A stretch of DNA of 60,752 nt, the filler included, from Circinaria calcarea (taxonomy: Eukaryota), in assembly GCA_051942165.1 (NCBI GenBank). It is 7 parts of 7 records of this genome, joined end to end, with 100 filler letters (N's around TTAATTAATTAA, not from the genome) between each part and the next. Parts side by side here need not be neighbours in the genome. Positions count along the whole stretch, not along the records: positions 8,705 to 17,306 come from JAVECS010001082.1; positions 17,407 to 26,005 come from JAVECS010001083.1; 5 more parts are not named here. One strand, written 5' to 3'. The position numbers and the translations under genes were made by a program. Each line of letters starts with the position of its first letter. Positions within the stretch are counted from its first letter, which is position 1. A model generated the notes under the pieces. It was not told the origin of the DNA. It searched no databases and saw only the letters and a list, made by a program, of their open reading frames with translations. Shown here piece by piece: positions 8,705-20,661 of this stretch.

Positions 8705-11700
8705 TTTTCAAAAGCCCGGAGAACGGCAAGCAAGCTATCGTATCAGTGGTATCACAGCTCACCGAGAAAAACCAGCTTGGTTACAGAGGTGCAGTATTGT
8801 TAGGGATCGTGGCGGGCGTATGCTCCCGCCTCCCTGCAAGAAGGCCAATACTGGAGGACCTTAAGGATCACTATCTTGCGTTTTGGGTGCGGGAGGTTGT
8901 GGGATCTCGATCGATTGTGCCCAGTCACATTGCTAAAGCTTTGAATGATTTCTTCTCGACTTTTGTTAGCATATATGATCTTGAATCCGCGGTGGTTCCC
9001 GCCTTGGAAAAAGCACTGCTTCGTGCCCCTGAAGTTGTCCTGAACGACCTTGTCAGACCGGTAATTGTGTCTTTACCGCCCCAGATGGATCTTGCAGATA
9101 TTTTGGCCAATCACCTTTTGAAGCCGTTGCTATCTAATGTAAAGTCCTCTAGTGCAGAGATACGAAATGGAGCTTTGTCTACTTTTGCTGTTTTGGTCGA
9201 CCGATCTCATGACGAGCGATCTCTTGAAAAGGTATCCAAGGATATACTAACGCCCCTTGTAACGTCGAAACTTACTGTTGCTGACCTACGCGTCCTTCAC
9301 GCGAAAATGCTGTCCTTGCTACCATATATTCCGTCTGCTTCCTTGAGTATCTGTGACAGCCTTGCCGCTACTGTTCTCAAGGAGCCAAATGAACCGGCGC
9401 TTACTGCCGAGGCCAATGCGATCACACATCATCTCATCTCGATAATAGCAGGTGGAGCAGGAGCAAATGAACTCAATCTAATTATTGGTGCCTTCGTGAA
9501 AGGCCTTAATGACAAAAGACCAGCATTTCAGAAGGTATGGGCACTGAGGTCGGGTGAGCTCTTCTGGCAGTTGAAACAAAAGTCTGTGCACAATCAGTTA
9601 GTCACCCAAGCTGTGGAGGCGATGCTACCAAGCTTGCTTAGCCTCTATAAGGAGGCGGCGTCCAATCCCTTGTCAGCTGTCCAAACTGGCATCGTGATGG
9701 CCGGATACATAGTAATCAGTCTCTGTGATTTTTTCGAGAGCAGCTTACAGGAATCTCCGCTTAAGAGCGTTCTTGGAAAGACCTCAGTTTACGAGCAGGC
9801 ACTTGCGCTCAATCCGAAGTCCTCTTTCCTTTTGAACCATAAGGTTTATACGAAACTTTCAAATGAGGAAGACCTTAGGTGGGCTCTCCGTGCGATAGCA
9901 AGCTGCGCTATCACGGTGTGCCTTCCAACCGTAGAGCTGGTCTCTCGCGATGCGTGGGCGCAGTCGCTGCTTTACTTGATTACTGCTGCCTCTGTACCCC
10001 CCAGCGTGCGAAAGGAGGCAGTTGAAAGTTTGAAAGAACTCTATATGAAGCAACCACTCCCAATAAGCAGGCTGGTTATTCAAGGCCTTTGGACTTGGTA
10101 CCGAAACGTTATAATGGGCATCAAGGACTCTGCGGCATTGAATGCCCAGACAGGGACTGAACATTTGTACTTAGCGGTTCGTTCCATCTGTCCAACAATT
10201 GACGAAACGAAATTTGAGCATGGTTCCGTCGATGGTGAACAACTACAAGTGCAACTCATTGAGATGCTTGTACTCTGTCGCCCGGAGATTTTACCAAGAG
10301 TAACCTGGATCGAGATGTGCTTGAGAATAGGACAGGACCCTGGAAGTATCGTTCGCACCCATAGCACCCAATGCATGGAATACGTCAAAGGGCTCCTCGA
10401 TGACGAACATCGTGGTGGTCTTGGAAAGATCGTTGAGTCTGCAGCTTACAATGCCTTTGCGGAGTTAGCTTTCGTAGCTCCTGATGTTATGACGCCCTTA
10501 CTCTTGGAGTTGGTCTCGGCTGACCTCAACGTTGAAGAACTCCATTTATATGGACCGACAGACTTTGCGATTGCTCGGACCCCAGAAGGCACTGCATTTG
10601 TTGATGTACTAAGCAAGAAAAACCAAGACCTGGCATTGGATAAGAATACTCGGGACTATGATACTTTGAAATGGGAAGAAGAGGTTCGCAATCAACTAGC
10701 TCAGAAAAAAGGCGGCCAAGGAAGAAAACTTACACCTGAGGAGCAAGGGAAGGTGAATGCGCAACTTACCAAGGAGGCGGCTATTAGAGAGAAGGTTCGC
10801 AAGCTCGAGAAGAAATTTCGACGAGGCATAGGGGTGGTATCCGGTCTGGCTAGAGGGCCTCCAACCGATGCAGATATCTGGATGGGACCATCTGTGAGAA
10901 TGCTGCTCGCAGTTATCAAAGCTGGTATTGGCCATCTTGTGGGAGACGAAGCGGACCAAGCTTTTATCACGTGCTCGAGTTTCGTCTCATCACGGCTCGG
11001 TTCCCTCAGGTCGTTTATTGGGGTAGCAACTCTTCGTGCACTGGGTTCATCCCACTTACCGAAGGAGTTTGAGGAGGAACCGCTTAGGGTTTTAATCACT
11101 AGAATCCTTTATCGATTACGCCTTACTGGGGAACAGAGGCCTTTTGATAGTGTATCTTTGGTATATATTCTGCCTCTGATATGCACAGTCCTGCAACAGC
11201 ATGGCGTTGGCGAGACTAATGACGATGAAGCTGACGAGCAAGTTACGCTTGCTTTGGACTTCTTATCGTTCCATACCGATGCCTGTAAGTTGTAGAGTTT
11301 TCTCAACATCTCTAACATAACTGAATTCGTCTTAGTTGCTCGGGCCAATCTCCCACGGGCAGAAATGATTGATGTCCTCATTCGGTCAATGCAAAACTAC
11401 ACCCAGCATTACAAACTTATCAAGGACTGTCTATCGGATCTGTGTCGGGCTGTCGCCGCGAACGTTACGGCAGCAGAGGTCGCGGCCCTTTTGAAAGGCA
11501 CTGTAGTACCACAGGCCTCCGTTCGAACCGCCGTATTACAAGCAGTGCGCGCAGATATCGATTTGACCGATCTAGACTTCAGCGAGGAGATATGGCTTGC
11601 GGCTCATGACGACGTTGAGGAAAATTCAGCTCTCGGGCGTGTGATTTGGCAGGAGAATGCACTAGAAGCTGAAAGTACAGATGCATTAAAGATAATCCCG

Positions 11701-14700
11701 TATCTTGCCAGTCAAGATAGACAGCTCCGTCGGGCGGCGTCGCGCGCATTGTCAGAATGTATTGCAGAAGACGTCTCAGTTTTTGATAGCGTACTAGATA
11801 ACCTTCAAGATCAGTACCGCGAAATGGCCAAACCTCGTGCCCCAGAGCGAGACGAGTACGGTATGCCTAGGAAGACTGATCTTAGTGATCCTTGGGAAGC
11901 CAGGAGTGGTATAGCTCTAGCGTTCAAAGAATTGGCTCCCATATTCAACCCAAAGAAGCTCAACCCTTTTGTACACTTCTTGATCTATGACAGCGCTTTG
12001 GGCGATCGAAATCCTACGGTTAGAGATGACATGATTGAGAGTGCGACAGCAGTCATTGCCGCCCATGGTGGTGAAAATCTTGAAGAACTGATGACGATGT
12101 TCGAGGAAGCCCTTGAGAGCTCAGAGAAGAACTCGAGTATATCTGACCTTGTCAGCGAGGCAGTTATTATTTTATACGGGGCTCTTGCCCGCCATCTTCA
12201 GGCTGGGGATGACCGAGTCCCTAAGGTCGTTCAACGGTTGCTGTTGACATTGAGTACGCCATCTGAAACGGTGCAGTATGCCGTTGCTCGGTGTCTACCA
12301 CCACTTATTCGCACTTCAAGTCAGAAGACGTCAGAATATATTCAGCAGGTGTTAGAGCAACTGTTCCATTCTAAGAAATACGCGGCTCGTAGGGGCGCAG
12401 CTTACGGGTTAGCTGGCATTGTTAGTGGTAAGGGCATTGCTGCTCTACGCGAATATCGGATTATGTCTTCATTGAAATCAGCTATTGATAACAAGAAAGA
12501 CCAGAACTGCAGGCAAGGGGCGCTGTTTGCCTATGAGCTGCTGTCGCTCATCCTTGGAAGAACCTTTGAACCGTATATCATTCAGATCGTCCCGCAGCTA
12601 CTCTCGAGTTTTGGAGATACCAGCAGTGATGTGCGAGAAGCTTGTTTAGACACCGCCAAGATATGTTTTGCAAGTCTCAGCTCCTACGGTGTGAAGCTCA
12701 TCTTGCCGACGTTGCTCGATGGCCTGGACGAGCAACAATGGCGAAGTAAGAAAGGTGCCTGTGATCTGCTAGGAGTTATGGCATACCTCGACCCTCAGCA
12801 GCTTGCTCTCAGCCTTCCCGACATTATTCCCCCACTTACCAATGTTCTCAATGACAGCCATAAGGAAGTCAGGGCTTCTGCTAACCGCAGTCTTCAGCGG
12901 TTTGGGGAAGTAATCAGCAACCCTGAGGTTAAAGGGCTTGTCGGTATACTGCTTAAAGCTTTAAGTGATCCCACTAAGTACACTGATGATGCGTTGGACG
13001 CACTCATAAAGGTGTCTTTCATACATTATCTCGATTCGCCATCTCTAGCTTTGATCGTCCGTATTCTTGAACGTGGGTTGGGAAGTAGGTCAGCGACGAA
13101 GCGTAAATCAGCGCAAATAATAGGTAGCTTAGCACATCTCACTGAACGCAAGGACCTCATCTCGCACCTTCCGATACTTGTCGCAGGTTTGAAGCTCGCA
13201 GTGGTTGACCCTGTGCCAACGACAAGGGCGACAGCATCGAAAGCTCTGGGGTCTCTGGTAGAGAAACTTGGAGAGGACGCCTTGCCAGATCTTATACCGG
13301 GTCTCATGGCGACCTTGAAATCGGAATCAGGGGCAGGTGACAGATTGGGATCAGCACAAGCGCTCAGTGAGGTCCTTGCCGGTCTCGGAACTGGACGACT
13401 AGAGGAAATACTTCCAACCATTCTTCAAAATGTCTCGAGCGCAAAGGCGACAGTTCGCGAAGGCTTCATGTCGCTATTCATCTTTTTACCGGCATGCTTC
13501 GGCAACAGTTTTGCATCCTACCTCAGTAAAATCATTCCACCAATACTCTCCGGATTAGCGGACGAGATTGACTCTATCCGCGAGACTTCATTGCGAGCCG
13601 GCAGATTACTGGTTAAGAACTTTGCCACTAAAGCGATAGACCTTCTCCTCCCAGAATTAGATCGTGGATTAGCTGACGATAATTATCGTATACGCCTTAG
13701 TTCGGTGGAACTGGTCGGTGATCTCCTCTTCAACCTTACAGGTATCAGCAGCAAGGCCGATCAAGATGAGGATGAAGAAACTGGTGCTGCAGAAGCTGGT
13801 CAATCCCTGCTCGAGGTTCTTGGGGAGGAGAAGCGAAACAAGATCCTCTCATCACTGTACATATGCCGTTGTGATACTTCTGGCCAGGTCCGCAGTGCCG
13901 CAATCAATGTCTGGAAGGCACTCGTGGCAACACCGAGGGCACTGAAAGAGCTTATCCCTACCCTTACGCAGCTCATCATTCGCCGGCTTGCAAGCTCAAA
14001 CATGGAGCAAAAAGTCATTGCTGGAAACGCATTGGGTGAACTCATCAGGAAAGCTGGCGAGGGTGTACTTGCAACTCTCTTACCTACCTTAGAAGAGGGT
14101 CTACAAACATCTACAGACGTTGACAATAAGCAGGGAATTTGTATTGCCTTAAGGGAAATCATTTCGTCCGCAGCCCCAGAGACTTTGGAAGATTACGAAA
14201 AGACTCTTATTTCCGTGGTGCGTATAGCACTTGTGGACGCTGATGATGAGGTGCGCGAGACGGCTGCGGAAGCCTTTGACTCCCTGCAACAGATGTTTGG
14301 GAAGAAGGCGGTAGATCAAGTTCTGCCATACCTCTTGAACTTGCTTAGGACAGAGGGTGAGGCTGATACCGCACTTTCGGCTTTGCTCACCCTTCTGACG
14401 GACAACACGAGATCTAACATCATTCTTCCTAATCTTGTACCGACCCTTCTGGTATCTCCAATCACAGCATTTAATGCCAAAGCTATCGCTTCTCTTTCAC
14501 AGGTTGCAGGTTCGGCTATGACACGCCGACTACCTTCCATACTCAATGCTCTCATGGATAACATTGTCAATTGCAAAGACGACGAGTTAAGGGGCGATTT
14601 AGAAGCCGCCTTTGATGCTGTACTCTTGTCGGTTGATGAGTTTGATGGCTTGAACACAGCGATGAGCGTTGTGCTTGCTCTGATGAAACATGACGACCAC

Positions 14701-16411
14701 CGCAGACGTGCTATTGCCGATGAACGTATAAGTAAATTCTTCGCTGCTTCGGAGATCGACTTCGCTCGCTATAACCAAGATTTGATACGGGTTTTGCTAT
14801 TCTCGTTTGATGATCGTGATACAGAAGTAGTCAAAGCTGCATGGACAGCCTTATCTGAGTTGACGAAACGACTAAGAAAGGAAGAGATGGAGTCACTAGT
14901 CTTCTCAACGCGACAGGTCTTGCAACAAGTGGGAGTACCGGGATCAGATCTTCCAGGATTCTCTCTCCCCAAAGGCATCAACGCCATATTGCCGATATTC
15001 TTGCAGGGCCTCATGAATGGTACGGCGGAGCAACGCACACAGTCCGCATTGGCCATTTCAGATATTGTGGACCGTACGAGTAAAGATGCATTGAAGCCGT
15101 TTGTTACGCAGATAACAGGTCCCCTGATCAGAGTTGTTTCCGAACGATCGGTAGACCTCAAGTGTAAGTCTACGGCACTATCTTTACTAGATAGGCAGCT
15201 AATGGTCTACAGGTGCAATTCTCCTCACTCTCAATAATTTACTGGAAAAGATTCCAACCTTCCTAAAGCCTTTCCTTCCGCAGTTACAAAGGACTTTTGC
15301 CAAGTCTCTAGCAGACACGACAAGTGAGCTCTTGCGATCTAGGGCGGCGAAAGCACTTGGAACACTCATCACTCTTGCTCCTCGGATAGATCCTCTTATT
15401 TCCGGTATGTAGTCTCTGCTCCTGACCCAATTCATATGATTAGCCTGTCGAATGGAACTGATTTTCTGCGCAGAGCTTGTGACAGGCACAAAGACACCAG
15501 ATGTCGGGGTACGAAATGCAATGCTCAAAGCCTTATACGAGGTTGTAAGTAAGGCTGGAGTTAACATGAGTGAAACTTCCCGCAACTCCATCCTGAGCTT
15601 GATCGACAGCGATCCCAGTGATACGGACGCTTCTATGGCCATAACACACGCGCGTCTTCTAGGCGCTTTAATCAAGAATTTGCCCGCTGCAAATGCGACT
15701 GCCTTGGTCAAGCAGCGTGTCCTTATAATGCACTTCACAAACGCCTCCGTCCTAAGTCTGAACGCAGTTCTCCTCGAGTCGCCCGACATTTTACTCACTG
15801 CATTTGCACAAGAAACGCCTTCAATTATATGCCATGGAATCCAAAGCAAGCACCCGTTTATTGCAGACAACTGCGTGCTAGCAGCTGGTAAGTATCTCTT
15901 AAGTAACGGGGATAAGATGGCCTATGAAACTGGCAAGCGCAGCTTCGAGGCTCTTACAGTTGTAATTAAGCCGGGCAACCCGGTTGATACGCGACGCCTA
16001 GGTCTCGTGGTGGTTCGCACAATGACTCGTCAGCATGGGGATGCGGTAAGGCCCCACCTTGGTTTATTGGCACCGCCAATCTTCGCGAGCGTAAGAGATC
16101 CAGTCATTCCAGTCAAGCTAGCCGCGGAAGCTGCATTTCTGGCGATATTCTCGGTTGTCGAGTCAGAAAATGGAGTGTTTGACAAATACATGGCTGAAGT
16201 AGGAGCAGAGCTGAATGCCAACACGAAGCGGAGCATGCAAGACTACTTTAAACGTGTTGCAACGAGATTAGGTGCTCAAGCAAGAGAACGCAGAGAGGCC
16301 GAAGGCGGTCAGGGCGGACTCGGTCTTTCGAACGACGAGAGGGAGGACGAGAGGGAGATATGGAGCGTTGGGAGAGTGGATCTAGGCGAAACGACGTTCA
16401 TTGATGAATGA
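8705..16411 (+). CDS. GCN1: eIF2-alpha kinase activator GCN1 (HEAT-repeat translational activator), 5'-truncated
   Basis: Characteristic segments include [57 protein letters not shown] and [17 protein letters not shown]. Introns at 11285-11335, 15164-15212 and 15405-15473 join the ORFs in frame. TGA at 16409-16411. Confidence 0.97.
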
Positions 16412-16667
16412 CGAAAGCTGTTACAGCATGGAAGACATGACAGCGGGTATCGTGGCTCTTTCAGCATAGCGGGGGAGTACAAAATGGGAAATGCGCTTTG
16501 CTAGAGAGGCTTAGCGGGTCATTGCAATCTCTACAGCCAAGCTATAGGGACGAAAGGCTTCATACTTTGTAGAGCTAATCGGGAAAAAGACCTAGCCCTC
16601 TCTAACCTACGGGATTGTTGTTTCAGCGAGCGACCTGCAAAGACTTTCTCTCAACTCAATTAGGCGA

Positions 16668-16730
16668 AGCCCTAAATTCCTTGTGGGCGAATTTGGCAAG
16701 CGAGATGATTATGTAATGAAAATGTGACTC
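16668..16730 (+). promoter_or_regulatory. Candidate ribosomal-protein promoter motifs (AGCCCTAA; Homol-D-like TGTGACT)
   Basis: AGCCCTAA at ~16668-16675 and TGTGACTC at ~16723-16730, 80-140 bp upstream of the RPL19 start. Both resemble motifs described upstream of ascomycete ribosomal-protein genes. Confidence 0.45.
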
Positions 16731-16808
16731 CACTTGACAAGCCCACCATGATCACGATCACGAAATTCAACCACTAACATCAACAGCGACGACGACAATT
16801 CAGTCAAG

Positions 16809-17249
16809 ATGTAAGTACCTGTGCCCTTAAGCCTCTTTTATGAGCATAGCTACATGGGCATACTCTACAAGAACATTTCTGGACGACTCTCTCCAACGAG
16901 TAGTCGTGACGCCCAATGGCCCATAAATTCCATCTACCTCGCTCGAGCCCAGCCAGCTGACAATCCATTACTTCCCCAGGGTCAACCTCCGTACCCAAAA
17001 GCGCCTCGCCGCCTCCGTCGTCGGTTGCGGAAAGCGCAAGATTTGGCTCGACCCCAACGAAATGAACGAAATTTCCAACGCAAACTCCCGCCAAACGATC
17101 CGAAAGCTCGTCTCTGATGGACTCATCATCCGAAAGCCAGTGGCGATGCATTCGCGCGCCAGAGCCAGGGAGTTGACTGCTGCGAGGCGAATTGGGAGAC
17201 ATCGAGGTTTTGGTAAGAGAAAGGGTACGGCCGATGCTAGGATGCCAAG
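16809..17249 (+). CDS. RPL19: 60S ribosomal protein L19 (eL19), 3'-truncated at contig end
   Basis: AT|intron 16811-16979|G gives [54 protein letters not shown]...[18 protein letters not shown]. The next intron (GTATGT) starts at 17250. Confidence 0.96.
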
Positions 17250-17306
17250 GTATGTTGGATATGCTCGGCTGTTGCTGGAGATGTTCTTAGGTTTTACTTT
17301 TCATAT

Positions 17307-17406
17307 NNNNNNNNNNNNNNNNNNNNNNNNNNNNNNNNNNNNNNNNNNNNTTAATTAATTAANNNNNNNNNNNNNNNNNNNNNNNNNNNNNNNNNNNNNN
17401 NNNNNN
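17307..17406. other. Artificial contig linker
   Basis: N44-TTAATTAATTAA-N44. Confidence 0.99.
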
Positions 17407-19764
17407 AATGGAAATGTCCGTACGGTATTTGCTTCATGAGGGCATGATAAACTCCAAGCCCCGACAAGCTCTTCGCTCTCGTCTGCGATGGCGACCTTCT
17501 GGCTCTGCTCTATGGCGCTTTGGCGCATAGTTTGCATTGATACAGCGGGATCTGCACTCATCATATTGGCTTGGAAATCTTCAAAGACTTGGTCGGTGAC
17601 ATTCCCAAGTAGGTAGTCGATGGCCGCCTGGGAGAAAAAATCGACCAAAAGACCACTGTAGAAACGCTCAAGACTTAATCCCCAGTCTACCAATACTCCT
17701 TGATAGTTTCTGCGCCTAGTTCGAACATAGTCTCCTTTTAGAGCCTGGGTTGAAGCATACTGTTTCGAGATGGCATCGCCGTTGTCGGCCCATAAGGTGT
17801 TAAACCACTGGGGGGATCTGTCTTTCTGCATGTCGACATTGATACCTTCAGCTTTGAGCTGCTGCTCAAGAGCTCGTTGCCCGCATGCACTCTGAACGAC
17901 GTTGGTCCTGTCAAGGCAGTCCATGCAATTCGTTCGAAGCACACCAGACTGCTTTCGTTGGATTTTGCCGTCAAGCACAACGGTGTAGCCAAACTCGTCC
18001 AATTTGGATCCGATAGTGTCCAGGAGGACACCAACGTTCTCGAACTTCATCCCTCGACATATGTTATGAAAGTCAAACCACTCAAATCCAAGTTTAGAAC
18101 CTTGAATTCCATTCTCGCTATTCAGTTGATTTGTGTGTTTTTCGTATTCTGCCCCTATCTCTGCTTCGCCGCCCTTTTTATCAACCAAGACAACGATCTG
18201 AATTTCGCGGTACCTGATGATAAGATTCTTGAAGTGCTTTTGAAATGCGGCATGATTAGTGTCGAAAGAATGCTGCAGTACAGGTACTGGCTTCAGGGAA
18301 TATGGGGATTGTGAGAAGTAAAGGGGTATAGAACCGCGGATACCGGTGTAAGAGTAGATCCGGGTGTTTGCACTCCATGATGGATCAGATAAGATCTGTT
18401 CGGTTTCGACGCTGTTTGCAGTATGGCCTTTTTCGTTGATCCCCCGGCGCATGAACCTATCAGATGTTAGAAATAATATTTTGCGTCCTGGCGGGGTCTT
18501 CGAACCTTAAACCCGCACGTTCAGTTGATCTTCTAGACACTAAAGTAATCAAGAAATCTCGAGTCTTGCTTGTCAAGTCAGTCGCGTTTGGGATTTTCTT
18601 ATCGAGCTCGATCTGGCCCACGTTCTCCGTAACAGCAGCAATTGTTTTAGATGGATCGTTTGACTCGGTGTTTACAGTGAAGGCTCGTTGGCCGACAAAG
18701 CCTTGCATTAATGGAAGTACAAAAGAATGCTGGTTTGCAGCAATAAACTGAGAGGCGAGATGTCGATTCCAGAAGAACTGCATTTATGTCAGAGTCTCAG
18801 GACGTTTCGTACAACAACAGTTAATGGTGGGACGAACCAGTGGATCTACTGCTTTGTATAAGGGAATATCTGCAACTGTCGTGTGATCACCAAGTCTCCG
18901 GGTTATATCATATTCATACGAGAAGAAGAAGCTCTCCGAACTCAGTAGCATCTTTGTTGTCCGTAGCAACTTTGGTAATAGATCGGCTGTCTTGGAGATT
19001 TCAAGTTGCTCGTCGCCAACTTGCTTTTCGATCTCCCCTTTAGACTTGGCTGGTTCTGGCTGATCGAGATTTGTGGTAGGTTCCTTCCCAGCGACATCTG
19101 TGCTCAGGCCCAAATTCCTTCTTTTATCCACGGCCCAACCCTTCCTAGAGAACCACCTCTCCGCAAACCGGCCGTACTGGCCCTGGCGGCCGATTACATC
19201 TACGGCGACGGAGCTATCCGCTTCTTTAGCTTCCTGGCCTTCGTGCGGTTGGCCATCCCTTGAATCTGGCGTTACCGGTACGGTTGGATCATCATCTTCT
19301 GCGGTGTTGGTATGAACGGCGTGGTATTCCTCGTCATCTGAAGTATGATTACCTGCCACTTCATCCCCTTTGTGAGCAGCGCTCTGTCCCTTCTTCAGCG
19401 CTGCCTTTGTCTGTTCAATAATCGTTGTAGCGTCGGACTGTGAAGACAGCGGAATTAAAGCAACATCAGTAATCACATATACAGGCTTTCCAAATATAAC
19501 CGCAGCCTGCTTTCGGCTCGATATAGATATTAAGTAGGAAGAAGGTCCGACCGTGAGGATGCCGACAACACCATGAGACTCCACGGATGGATATGATCCA
19601 TCTCCTTCATTTTTGACTTCGTCGCCCTTAGGCTGGACTTGATTAGTCCCCCATGGAATGTTGATTCCTCTGACCGATCGCAGGTTACGTGGGACGCTGG
19701 GAAGCAATAGCAAAGAATCCGCGGTAGCAACTATCGTCACCTTACGGACCACGCTGCCTGGCAT
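17407..19764 (-). CDS. SacI-homology (Syja_N) phosphoinositide phosphatase, 3'-truncated
   Basis: FFFSYEYDIT, FFWNRHL, LPLMQGFVG, LVSRRSTERAGLRFMRRGI, RGSIPLYFSQ, catalytic RTNCMDCLDRTNVVQ and LWADNGDAISKQYAST. Introns at ~18778-18837 and ~18457-18505. Confidence 0.93.
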
Positions 19765-20661
19765 TGCATCAATATCCGAATTCTCAGAGTCGTCGGCATG
19801 GCCCAGGTTGGTAAATGCCCGAAGATTATATGCTGTAATACCGGACCCGCAGCTCTATATGGTACACATGACGTAATCCATCGTGATCCTGCGCCGCGAA
19901 CCTCGTGTTCAACTTTCCACTCTCGTGCCCAATTCACGCAAAATGTCAGAGCAAAGGTTGCACCTGGTCGATGATAAAGATATGAAATTGATGTAATCTA
20001 CAAGTCATGCTCGGTGACTAGACCAAAATGGCCAGGGTCAGGGAGGGTCACTCTATAGTGCGGATGTGGAATACTCCATCCTACCCTGAATGTCGGGAGT
20101 CCCGGGTAGATTCAATGCCCAGGCGTGCCTGAGTACTGCATCATATGAAAGGTTCTCCATTTCACAAGTCTACAAACGGATTTCTGTCTAACAGTTGAGA
20201 GGCCCAAGCTAAGTGCAGTAGAGCTCTTGCTTACGTGTACTGCAACTTAAGATTTGCTCGAGTCTCTGCATATTACAAAGGCACTCTAACTCCCGTGCTA
20301 ACATGTCAACAAGGAAACCTCATGGGTATAGCTTGACTTGACTGACCGAGCGGTCAATGCCGTTCGTTCTTTGAGGCCTTTTGTAACTTGGCTGAAATGT
20401 TGACTCGCGGCATTGCTGACCAGGCGCAGTTTCCCAAGAGCGTAGTGCTCCAAGTCCCCAGACGATTTGCCCTACAAGCCTTCACATTACCGACAAGAGA
20501 TTCGCGGCGAACATATACGAAGCATACCTGTTCTCGTGATGGTTGATGAGCACGTGGGGAGTGAGCTCGCATATTATTCACCACCATTGATACCAATTAC
20601 ACGATCTCCGAGAATCCTACCTTTTTAAATTGAACTACCAACATCAGATTCTTCATCTAGC

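Noticed and set aside
8925..16236. Numerous antisense ORFs of 60-223 aa inside GCN1 (likewise inside PEP3, Sac and HET)
   Set aside because: Shadow ORFs of long coding sequences, with no independent motifs.
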